DNA of 44,621 nucleotides from NCBI GenBank assembly GCA_016618085.1, contig JABLTG010000157.1, positions 1-44,621 of the forward strand, read 5' to 3'. Below are positions 11,149-21,911 of this stretch, piece by piece. The DNA comes from Neovahlkampfia damariscottae. Its lineage: Eukaryota. The stretch's first letter is position 1, and each line of letters begins with the position of its first letter. A program made the position numbers and the translations under genes. The notes under the pieces were generated by a model. The model did not search any database and was not told where the DNA came from. It worked only from the letters and a program-made list of their open reading frames with translations.

Positions 11149-12157
11149 TTAATTCACCAAATTTATAATTTCCTCACATAACTCATTTGTGAACAAATAA
11201 TGACCAAAATCTTTGATAATGTGTAATTTACTATTTTTTATCTTTTTTGACATTGAGATGGACCCATCAATCGAAGTTAATCCATCTTTTTCTCCACCAT
11301 AAATATGAAATGAATTAATTTTAATTTTTGAAGTATTAAAGCCAATATCATTATTACCCAACACAAAATCATAAAAAACAGGTTCTGGGTGTCTTACACC
11401 TGTTTTATAGTTTTCAATCGCTATTTGGATTTCTTTCATTCCAAGTTGAATACTTTGACCCCCTGATTCATTTGACATAAACTCTGCCCATTCTCTGATA
11501 TTCCTGGAAAAATATTCACTACAAATCCAGCAAATCAATCTCAATCCGATTTGAAAATATCTTGAGAGAATGAAGTAAAGAGTTTCCGCACCTCCTTGAG
11601 CTGTTGAGAATACAAATTCACCAGTTGGAATATCAGAGTTCATAATTACTACACTTTTCAATTTTTTTGGATAAAGGTAAGCAGCAGTAATTCCGAAAGC
11701 TCCTCCAGCGCTATATCCAATTATGCCGAATTTTTCAATTTTCAAATGTGAAAGAAGTTCTGAAAATTCTTCTTTCATGAACGATAAATATGAATAATTA
11801 GGAATATATGAACTATATCCATAGCCTGGTCTGTCAATGATGATGAACTTTGTTTTATTGTTTGATTTAATTTTGAAATAATTTTCTTTATGTGAACCAA
11901 ACATTCCGTGGAAATAAATCACAGGGTTTCCATTTGGGTTTCCATAGATTGAATATGTAATTCTGTAATTTTTTTTTGTTCTAAAAAAAGAAACTATTGA
12001 TCAGTTTAATTTTTTTTTGAATACCTGATGATGGTAATGAAGAGTCAGAAATTTCTTTGATGTGATATGGGTATGATACATGAATCACTCCAAAAAATAA
12101 ACTCAAGAGCAGCACCAGATAAAATGTGGTGTTAAAAATCCTTTTGGTGGTGCACAT
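11149..12157 (-). CDS. Alpha/beta hydrolase with N-terminal hydrophobic anchor
   Basis: Motifs PVIYFHG, IDRPGYG, nucleophile GYSAG, GEKD and FGH. The N-terminal exon MCTTKRIF... is joined by one short intron. Confidence 0.9.
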
Positions 12158-12503
12158 GTTTGATTGGTTGTGAGACTTACTGGAGCAAAATAAAAGAAAA
12201 TTTAAATACTTAGAAGAAAATGTAAAATCAATTCTTCATTTTGATCCCTTCAAACCAAAAGACCATGAAAACTTATGCCATTGATGAAAAACTGTTAATG
12301 ATGATTTACATCAAATTTTCAATGAATGTTGGAAATTAAAGCATTATGATTCTCCAGGTTTTATATTCAATCCAAAATTAAATCAATAGGCAAATACAAC
12401 ATCAGTCAAAAAAAAAACAAAGAAGATTAGATTGTTTTATTTTCATATATCTTTTTCAAAATCATTGGCTTGTTTAAAATAGGTTTATTTATTTGAAAAT
12501 TTT

Positions 12504-13500
12504 TTATTCTTTTTTATTTTTATTTTCTTCTTCTTGTAAACTCTTATCAAAATCGAATTCAAATTTTGAATTTCCTCCGTAAATTGAAATTAAACTATCA
12601 AGTGAAATATATTTTTGAATATGAAGAATAACTTTTTTTTTTGTTCCTGAAAGAAATACAAATTTCTCAACTGTTGATTTTGCCAAAAATGGTTTTAAAA
12701 AACCCCACAAAAGTGATACTGCCAAAGGTGAATTTATGATCAATGCTTGTCCCAAAGTTTCTGAATAATAATCACCAAGTTTAATGAACATATCTTTAAC
12801 TGCTGAAATAGTTTCAATATTTCCACTGACACCTTTCAAATCAATTAACCATATCTATTTCATTTAAAATATTTTTTTGTTTTTTTTACTGTTGAATAAA
12901 CACCCTTTATCATTGTTTTTTGTGTTGTTTCCATGATATAGACAATATATTTCATTTTTAAATCCCAATCTTCATTTGTTTTATCCTTTCCAAGTTGTAA
13001 GTAAATGATTGGTCTTCCATGTAAATCAAAACCATCAGAAAATAAATAAGATTGTTTTGCGACTTTAGCAACGTCTTTTAAAGTTACTTCTTGTGGTTTA
13101 TATTCTTCTCTCCATTTAACTGTTTCCAAAAGTGCTTTTTCTGTTGCTTTAATATCCCAACCCCAACCTATAAAAAAAAAAGGAAATTAGTTTTCTTGAA
13201 TGTTCATACCTTTCAAAAAACGATAGTGGCACATATCGGTTAAAAATTCCCTTTCAGGCTCTTTTAAATTCCATTTTTCCGTTATCTTTTTCATTTCATG
13301 AACTTTTGCTGTTCTAAAATATGTTTTAGAATTTTTTTAAAATTGAACTGTTGATCAGTGAGTTTTACACTCAAAATTGATAATTGTCTTTGTCTTTTGA
13401 CAGATTCATCCACTTTATGATCATTATCAATGTCATTTATTTCAGTTTGTGATTTCTGTGGCATGTTGTGTGTTAACTTTTCCGTTCCGTCTGTGCTCAT
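12504..13500 (-). CDS. CRAL-TRIO (Sec14-like) lipid-binding protein
   Basis: Motifs RFLKG.GWDI, GFDLHGRPIIY, DYYSETLGQALIINSP and LKPFLAKSTVEK. Several short introns. Confidence 0.9.
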
Positions 13501-13693
13501 TTTTAATTGGTCAAATGAAAGAATAATTGGTTTTTACATATAGAACAAAAAAACTCAAATTAAAAATAAATTCACTAAACTTCAAAATAAATCTAAAATT
13601 ATTTCGGAAATCAGCCAATTGGTTGTTTTTATTTTTCAAATTCAAATATCCAATGATATTGCTTCTTCTTCTCAAACAAAACAAACATAAAAC

Positions 13694-15519
13694 ATGAGTC
13701 ACTTGATGGTTGGTTTTTTTTTCCTCATTAATTTTTCAACAATATAGCAACCAAATATTATTCTCTTAAGAGATGGTAGTGAAAATTTACAAGGAAAAGG
13801 ACATCTCTTAAGTAATATTGAAGCATGCCAATCTGTAGTAAGTGTAGTAAAATCAACACTTGGACCACTTGGTATGGATAAACTTATTCATGATGGAAGA
13901 ACAGCAACAATTTCAAATGATGGTGCTACAATTATGAATTTATTAGACGTCGTACATCCAGCAGCAAAAACACTTGTTGAAATCGCAAAATCACAAGACA
14001 ATGAAGTAACTATAAATTATATTTTAAAAAAAATGAAGGTTGGTGATGGTACAACTACTGTTGTCATTTTAGCTGGTCAATTTTTACAAGCAGCAAAAGA
14101 ATTTGTTGAAGATGGTGTTCATCCTCAAATTATTATTCGTGCTTTTAGAACAGCTTTAACTTTAGCTATTGGTCACTTACAAAAAATAGCTATTGATATT
14201 TCAAAAACAGATCAAAAAGAACGTGAAGGTTTACTTATAAAATGTGGTAAAACTGCACTGAACTCAAAACTTATTGGTGGTGTTAACAAAGACTTTTTTG
14301 CAAAAATGGTTCTTTTTTTTTTTTTTTAAAACTTTTTTGTTAGGCTGTAAAAGCAGTTGAATCACTTGATGAAGATTTAAATCTTGATTTAATTGGAATT
14401 AAAAAAGTAAAAGGTGGATCAATGACAGATTCAATTCTTGTTGATGGTGTTGCTTTCAAAAAGACTTTTTCATATGCTGGTTTTGAACAACAACCAAAAT
14501 CATTCAAAAATCCAAAAATTGTTTCTTTAAATATTGAATTAGAACTTAAAGCTGAAAAATCAAATGCTGAAGTTAAAATCAAAGACCCAGAAGTTTTTTT
14601 TTTTTTTTTTTTTTTACTTTTTTTTAGCAATACCAAGAAATAGTAAATGCCGAATGGAAAATTATATATGATAAACTTGATAAAATCATTGCTTCTGGTG
14701 CTAAAATTGTTCTTTCAAAACTTGCTATTGGTGATTTAGCAACTCAATACTTTGCTGATCATAATGTATTTTGTGCTGGAAGAGTACCTGATGAAGACTT
14801 AAAAAGAGTATTAAAATCAACAGGTAAAATATTATCAAAGTTTTTTAATTTTCAAAATTTTAGGAGCAAAAATGCAAACAAGTGTTAATGATTTAACAGA
14901 AGATATTTTAGGATCATGTGAAATATTTGAAGAAAAACAAATTGGAGGAGAACGTTATAATTTATTCTCTGGATGTAAAGCATCACAATCAAGTACAATT
15001 ATTTTACGTGGAGGTACAGAACAATTTTTAGCCGAATCTGAAAGATCATTACATGATGCTATTATGGTTATCAAAAGAACAATTCAAAATACATCTATTG
15101 TTGCAGGTGGAGGAGCTATTGAAATGGAATTAAGCAAATTTTTAAAAGACTATTCTAGAACAATTAAAGGAAAATCACAATTCATTATTAATGCATATGC
15201 TAAAGCTTTAGAAGTTATACCAAAACAATTGTCTGAAAATGCTGGTCTTGATTCAATTGATATCGTTACAAGTTTACGTAAGAAACATGAAGATGGTAAT
15301 ACTTGGTTTGGTGTAGATATTGTTAATGATGGTGTTTGTGATACAATGAAATCACATGTATGGGAACCTTCTTTAATTAAAAAAAATGCACTTACTGCTG
15401 CTACTGAAGCATGCATTTTGGTTTTATCTGTTGATCAAACTGTTAAGAATCCAGAATCAGATCAAAAACAACATGAAGCAATGAGAGGAAGACAAGCTGC
15501 AAATTATGCAATGCAATAA
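13694..15519 (+). CDS. CCT7: T-complex protein 1 subunit eta (CCT7)
   Basis: Motifs [38 protein letters not shown] and [15 protein letters not shown]. Introns 13709-13747, 14006-14038, 14309-14343, 14593-14627 and 14824-14863. Confidence 0.96.
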
Positions 15520-15628
15520 ATTTTTTAACACAAGAAATCATCAAAATTCTTGTTTTAATCTATTTGTCCAAATTTGTCATAACAGCCAATTAAAAGTTAT
15601 TCAGTTGATTCTGACTTACCAATCAAAA

Positions 15629-16377
15629 ATGTTTAGAAAAATCGTCCAACACAGCAAAAACACTCTCAAATTTAAAAATTACGTAAAAAATTCAAGTCAA
15701 TTGGATGTAAGACCAACAGAGAGTATTCAACTCTTCAACTCAGAAGCTCAATCCATTTCAACTGATGATATATTTGCTGATGACCAAAATGTTGCACTCT
15801 TCGGCATTCCAGGTGCTTTTACACCGACTTGTTCAACAAAACATGTAAGTTTATTCATAAAACTAAAAATTTTATTTTTAAAGGTTCCTTCATTTATAAA
15901 TTATTCCAATGAAGTTCGCAGACAGTATTTTTTAAAAAAAAAAATTTTTAGTTGAAGTCAAAAGGGTTTACTAATATTGTATGTATTTCAGTAAATGATC
16001 CATTTGTTATGAGTTTGAAAAAAAAAAACAAATTTAATTTTTTTGCAAAGAGTCTTGGGCAGAAGAATTAGGAGCAGACAAAAAGATCACTTTTATATCT
16101 GATCCAGAAGGATCATTTACTAAACACATTGGAGCTGAATTAGATTTAACTGAAAAAGGTATTTTGTTCCAAAATTTATTTAACACACAGGTTTTGGAGT
16201 GAGGTCACAACGTTATTCAATGATAATAGAGAAAGTACAATTCATTTATTTTTTAATTTTTTTTTTCAATAGGGTAGAGTAATTTCTGTTAATCAAGATC
16301 AAGATGGATTTCAAAAAACAGGTGCTATAAGATTATTAGATCAATGGTACAAACATCAAGTTGCAAAAACTTTATAA
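15629..16377 (+). CDS. Peroxiredoxin Prx5/type II family, paralogue A (mitochondrial-type presequence)
   Basis: Motifs FGIPGAFTPTCSTKH|VP, CISVNDPFVM and GFGVRSQRYSM. Five short introns. Confidence 0.92.
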
Positions 16378-16491
16378 ATTGAAAATTGATCGAATTTTAT
16401 AAGAAAAATGGAATAAATTTTTTTGTTTTTTTTTTCTCCGAAGGAATTAAAAGCAGTTGGAAAATTGATTGGTCAATTTTCCTTTTTGAAG

Positions 16492-17234
16492 ATGTTTCGT
16501 TCAGTGATCAAGTCGTCAAAATTTTTAAAAAATTATACGGTTGAAGTGAAACCAAAGAAACCGATAAAACTTTACCCAGCTAATATGGTCAATAAACTCA
16601 CAACCGATGAACTTTTTGGGCCTCATGAAAGGTTTTTTTTAAGTTTTTTTTCTAATTGAAAAGAGTCGTGGTATTTGGAATCCCAGGAGCTTTTGTAAGT
16701 TTAAATTAATAAATTAACAAATTTAGACACCAGTGAGTTTTTTCTAATTTTGATTTTTTTAACATACTTTTTAGGTTTGTCAAACAAAGCATCTACCAAA
16801 TGTTTTAGGTAACAAAAAAAAAGGTTTAACATTCATTCATGTAGAAAATGCACATAAATACAAAAAATCTGGAGTTGATAAAATAGTCTGCATAAGTGTT
16901 AATGATCCAGCTGTTATGAAAGCTTTTGGAGAAAAATTACAAGCTACTAATGATATGTAAAAGAAAATTTTATTTAAAATTCATTTTAATAGTTTGTTTG
17001 TTGCTGATCCATATGCTGAATTTACAAAAAGTATTGAATGTGATGTGGGTAAAACAAAATTTTATTTTAAATGATTCAGATCTTTCATCTGCTGGACTTG
17101 GAACAAGATCACAGAGATATTCAATGATAGTTGATGATGGAAAGTTAGTTCAATTGAATAAAGAAGATTCACCTGGTAACTTTACAGTAACTACTTCAGA
17201 ATCAACTTTGAAAGAAATTGAAAAACTATTATGA
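16492..17234 (+). CDS. Peroxiredoxin Prx5/type II family, paralogue B
   Basis: Motifs FGIPGAF|TP|VCQTKHLP (6-nt microexon 16727-16732), CISVNDPAVM and GLGTRSQRYSM. Six introns. Confidence 0.92.
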
Positions 17235-17250
17235 AAAAAAAAATAAAGTT

Positions 17251-17790
17251 TTAATCAGTTTCATTTTTTGAATCGTTTTTTTGTTTTTTTATTGGAGATT
17301 CTGTGTTTTTGACCTCTCTTAGCGCTTTTCTTTTTTTCATAACAACTCGATTTGGATCATCTTTTTTAGTTTCATCATTTTTTTTGACTTCTTTTTTTGA
17401 ATCATCATTTTTTTGATTTTCTTCATCTTTTGTATCATTTATTGTTGAAGAGGGTGTTTCTTCATTTGATTTTACAACTTTACTCGACTTGATTTTGTAC
17501 ATTCCACTATTTACTCTTTCGAAAACAGACTTTGTTTTATTCTTTTTTATGTCTTCCGTGATTGATGATGAAAAACTTGCGTGTGGTGTCTTGCCTGTGA
17601 AGAAATTTTAATAAATTTTGACAAATTTTGTCAAACCTTTTGTTGTTACGTATTTTTTTTCAATAGCGGTTTTTGTGATGTCTTTAATATGCATCGTACC
17701 ACCACCATTTTCTCTTAAAATTTGTTCTGCGACATCTCTGAACTATCAAAGAAAGTTGTTAGTTGAGAAGAAACTTATTACTTTTCCCAT
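17251..17790 (-). CDS. Small HARE-HTH (HB1/ASXL/restriction-endonuclease winged HTH) domain protein with charged tail
   Basis: Spliced MGK|FRDVAEQILRENGGGTMHIKDITKTAIEKKYVTTK|GKTPHASFSSSITEDIKKNKTKSVFERVNSGMYKI fits the HARE-HTH pattern (GKTP, F.RV..G.Y.L). Confidence 0.8.
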
Positions 17791-17890
17791 TCGTCCAATT
17801 TGAGCCAATCAATTTTTTCTTCCTTCACAACAGTTAAAAATAAAAATGAAAAAAAAAAATTTCGATATTTACAAAGATTTATTTCAAATA

Positions 17891-19126
17891 TTAATTTTTG
17901 AAATTTTTAAAAACAAAGTAAAACAAATTTGGGAATTTCTTATCAAAGTATCTGAAAATACCTTTTCTTGTCAAAATCTCTTGTACTTTTTCTTCGTACT
18001 CATTCAAATGATTATGAATATTTCTTATGAATCGAATCAAATCCACCAATCTATTAAAGTCATATTTTCGATATTTACAAACATTTTCAATAACGACTTG
18101 ATCAACTTTCAAACTCCATTCACCCTCAAATATTTGATTCTTTTCATTTTCGAAAAATTGATTCAGTTTTATAGCATCTTCTGAAGATTGAGAACATAAA
18201 TAAGCACTAGCATTACAAATTAAGTTCAATTTCATTTTGTCTTCCCAAAACAAAGCATGGTCCATTGATTTCTCAATTGATATTTTCGTCGTCAAACCTT
18301 CATTAATCAAATCTTCTTCAAGTTTTGTCATTTTAAATTTAGATGATTCAATAATGTGTTTGAACAATTTTCCAGCACTTTTAATATCATTTTCAAAAAA
18401 TTCATCACTTGGAGTTTTTCTGTAGGAACTCAATTCCAAATTTCCAAATTTGATCAAATTGTCTTTTGTCAAGAAAATACTGGATGCTTCGATATTACAA
18501 TGTGAAATATTCAATGAATGTAAAAATTGAATTCCTTTTAAAATTTGAATAAATATCTCTGAACGTTTTTGCTTGGTCAATTTTTCTTCTGTCAAAAAAA
18601 TGTCTAAAGTATTTTCGATTGGTTCTAAAACTAAATAAAAGAAATGTTCATCTTCTTCTTTCATAAAATATCTAACAACATTTGAATTTCCATCACATTT
18701 GATCAAATGAGTGATTTCATTGTTGACAAATTCTTCATTGGTTTTTGCAACTTTCTTGATGACAATATTTCTATCATTTTTGAATTTTCCAAAATATAAA
18801 TGATCATTCAATTTTGAATCTAAAATTATATTTCCAATTCTTTTTTTGTTTTTCTTTTTGATTTTGGGTTCTTCTGTCTCTTCAACTTTTTTAATTATTG
18901 AAACTGTTTCTAATTGAAATTCTTCGCATCTTTTTTCAAGAAGATTTATGTACCATTTGATTATAGCAAATTCTCTGATGTGAGTGTAACTTTTTTGAAA
19001 GTATTGGAATAATATGATGATGTAAGGCAAACTGAGCCAGATTAAACTAAGTACGGATCCGAAGATAAAAACACTAACTATAATAGAGTAGTTAATCAAT
19101 GATGGAGTGATGACAGTCGCATTCAT
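17891..19126 (-). CDS. IRE1/RNase L-like protein: N-terminal TM, pseudokinase, KEN ribonuclease domain
   Basis: IRE1-like kinase N-lobe (EITHLIKCDGNSNVVRYF) with HRD changed to HCN and DFG altered (KFGN). KEN motif YRKYDFNRLVDLIRFIRNIHNH...YFDKKFPNL. Confidence 0.88.
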   Translation of the reverse strand: MNATVITPSLINYSIIVSVFIFGSVLSLIWLSLPYIIILFQYFQKSYTHIREFAIIKWYINLLEKRCEEFQLETVSIIKKVEETEEPKIKKKNKKRIGNIILDSKLNDHLYFGKFKNDRNIVIKKVAKTNEEFVNNEITHLIKCDGNSNVVRYFMKEEDEHFFYLVLEPIENTLDIFLTEEKLTKQKRSEIFIQILKGIQFLHSLNISHCNIEASSIFLTKDNLIKFGNLELSSYRKTPSDEFFENDIKSAGKLFKHIIESSKFKMTKLEEDLINEGLTTKISIEKSMDHALFWEDKMKLNLICNASAYLCSQSSEDAIKLNQFFENEKNQIFEGEWSLKVDQVVIENVCKYRKYDFNRLVDLIRFIRNIHNHLNEYEEKVQEILTRKGIFRYFDKKFPNLFYFVFKNFKN

Positions 19127-19538
19127 TTTTTTTGTGTTTTGTTCAAGTTAAAAATAAATCATAATCCAATGAAAATAAACCACGTACGATTCTCCAATCA
19201 TTCTATTTTGAGTGTCTTTTCTCATCAAATTGGATAATTCAAAATATGAGGAAGTTAACAAAGATTAAGAATCTCAAAGAAGATTGGAAAGAATTTCTAA
19301 AAGCACTTTCAATGGATAAAAGTGGGCACAATTACTGGGGGCACTGGTACTGTTGAATTCACTAATTTGAACAACATCACAATAGCATACTTCAATCTTA
19401 AATTTTATCATTGCACACAGTTTTATTTTTAGAACCAATATAATTGGAATGATAATAGAAGGTTCAAAATTTCCTAATTCAGCTTTGGTCCTTGTTTTTA
19501 TTTGCTAAATTCGTGGAACCTTCTACTGATTGTTACCA

Positions 19539-19949
19539 ATGAAATTAATTTTGTTCATTGCTTTAGTTGTTGCTCAACTTGTCTTCTCTGAAAATCTCAG
19601 TTATTTAACTCTAGAATCCAAATCACAATTCCAACTCAGATTTCATTCTCAAAATGGATGTGCTGGAAGTTATGTCAGTTGTGCCATGGGATGTTGTTCA
19701 ATTCCAGACAGTTATGTCATTGGAAAGAAAACTCAAAGCATTAAAACCGAAATCAACGCAAATGGAACAAAAGTCACCAGATATGATGGGCCTAATTGTA
19801 GAGGAAGTTCAGATTATTTCCTTTGGAAAATTAATTCATGCTATCGTTCAACAAATGGAAGTCCAATGCTCCATTTCAGAGGAAATTCGTACTGGACAAG
19901 CAAAGTTGCTCTTACCAACTTATCAGATAAACCAACCCTTTCACAATAA
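19539..19949 (+). CDS. Small secreted cysteine-rich protein
   Basis: Signal peptide MKLILFIALVVAQLVFS, six Cys, and repeated (F/Y)xxxxCxG motifs. Confidence 0.7.
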   Translation: MKLILFIALVVAQLVFSENLSYLTLESKSQFQLRFHSQNGCAGSYVSCAMGCCSIPDSYVIGKKTQSIKTEINANGTKVTRYDGPNCRGSSDYFLWKINSCYRSTNGSPMLHFRGNSYWTSKVALTNLSDKPTLSQ

Positions 19950-20082
19950 AAGCTTCGTTTGGATTGACACAATTTCATTTTCAATTCAACCTTGTCCATT
20001 AACTGATTCAATTGAAAAATAGTGAATCAAAGGTGTCAAAAGAAAACATATAATCAATAAAATGATTGGTGGTGCATTTTTA

Positions 20083-20140
20083 CCAAGGAAATAAAAAAAG
20101 CCCATTTTTGCGGATTTTTCATTTTTTTCGACCAAATCCC
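20083..20140 (-). repeat. 58-bp dispersed repeat, copy 2 (inverted)
   Basis: ccaaggaaataaaaaaagcccatttttgcggatttttcatttttttcgaccaaatccc is the reverse complement of 771-828 with 5 substitutions. Confidence 0.95.
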
Positions 20141-20559
20141 AAAAAATTTTATTTACTTTGAAATTAATTTTACTGCAAATAGTCACTCCACCTGTCCGTA
20201 TCTATTATCAACTTCATTCAAAAAAGTAATATATTCTCTTTGTCTTCAAAACAGCGAAGGTACTTGGATCAATAATTTTTTCCTTTTTGGAACCAAAAAC
20301 TTACCTGAAATTACGTGCAGTTTCACATCAATTTTATGAATATTGTCAAAACAACTTATTTTCCCATAAAATGGGTTGAAATGAAATCTAAGCAATACAA
20401 AAAAAAAGGTTTAAATGTTCTCAACTCTCAAGAGATGACTTCATTGCTCAACGTGCCAAAAGAATACGAAGAAATCCAAAAAAAAAAATTGAAGTTGAAA
20501 CGTCTCTGAGCTCTGGCATGAATTTGCTTCAGGATGTTCAGCCAATCAAATATTTTCAT

Positions 20560-21872
20560 ATGAACTTTTTACTCACATACACAATAGATAAAGGAAAATA
20601 TTTGTATGTTTCAATACCAATATTTAACATACTATTTTCATTCATACCATTATTTATTTTCGTTTCTGCAATTATAATTTACATAAAAAAGACTTACGAT
20701 TATAATTTTCGAAAAAAAAATTCTGCTTCACCTTTCAATGAAGTAAAAAAAAAAAAAAGAATCAAATTTTTTTTAGGATAATATAGATGAATTATATCGA
20801 CACATCAATGAAATTAAACAAGAAAATGCTGAACCAGTTATAAGACAAATTCCTTCTTTTGTAATGACGCCAACAAAGCACAGTAGCAAAAGATTGACCA
20901 GAACTTTTTCAAAAATAGCAAGTCTAACAAAAGAACAAGATATTATAAATGAACATAATCAAAATTTTATGGAAAATAATTCAGTAATTCCAACAAAAAT
21001 AGCTGAACAAATTTTGGACGAACTTGAAGATTCTGAAAGTGATAAAAAAAAGAAATTAACCTTTATTTAGAATTATACTGGGCAGAATCACCTGTTTATC
21101 GTTTGAAATTTTTCATTTTTAATTTTTTTCAGGTTTAAAACAATCAAATAAAATCAAATATATGATCCGGTTTCTTTTGATTACTTTATACATAAATATA
21201 ACATTTGGAATAATTTCTGCATGTTTAGTTGAAACACAAAACGCATTGTAAATCCAAACTTTTTTTTAATCATTTCCTGAAGAGTTGTTTCATTCATTGG
21301 ATCTTTGATCTCCATGATGACTTTGATTTCACCAATTTATCATTTAATCTCATTAACTGGAACCAATAGCTCATTTGCAATGACACAGTAATAAAATTCA
21401 AAATTGTAACTCTTTTAGAAAAAGAATCATCATCGTGAAAAAGAAAGGTTTTTTGAGAAATGATTATCAAGTCTCAACGTGTTCATTTGATCATATACAC
21501 GCACTATCAACTAGATTTGTTAAAAAATACAATGAATATGACTATGGTAATGTTTATTTTTGTGGGTCAAACAGTTGTCATCCAATTAAAGTTCATATCT
21601 GGGACAAAAGAAAAGAAGATCAAATTATAGATTGGAAAATTGATAGAAACCAAAATCATGAATATCTTTCACTGAAAGGTGTTGCATCTGTAGAACAAAT
21701 TGAAGATATTTTGGAAAAACTTTTAATTTCGCATTGGAGTCAAAAACAAAAGAAAATCAAAATCACAGAAAAACTATTTTCCGACATTGAACGTGAACCT
21801 ATTTCCAACAATAGCGAATTAGAAGATGATCGTGTCATAAAATCAAGAAAATCATTAAATTTTGACTTATAA
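20560..21872 (+). CDS. Multi-pass membrane protein of unknown function (multi-intron)
   Basis: CCAAT at 20542 then ATG 20560. Exons can be spliced in frame through ...LYWAESP...ITFGIISACLV...SSFAMTQKRIIIVKKKG... to the stop at 21872. The start is uncertain (alternative near 20381). Confidence 0.6.
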
Positions 21873-21900
21873 ATTTCTTATTGGTCTGTTGAATAACTCA

Positions 21901-21911
21901 ACCAATCAAAA
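21901..21911 (+). promoter_or_regulatory. CCAAT element immediately upstream of ATG (representative of a window-wide motif)
   Basis: accaatcaaaaATG. CCAAT/ATTGG (sometimes CCAAC) is seen within ~5-50 nt of most start codons in the window. Confidence 0.7.

Noticed and set aside
13874..17234. Apparent frameshifts and fragmented ORFs suggesting pseudogenes or an alternative genetic code
   Set aside because: All breaks resolve as short GT-AG introns, and TAA/TGA act as normal stops.
771..20140. Single 19-kb transposon bounded by the inverted repeats
   Set aside because: The interior holds housekeeping genes, no transposase or integrase is seen, and there is no target-site duplication at 771/20140.
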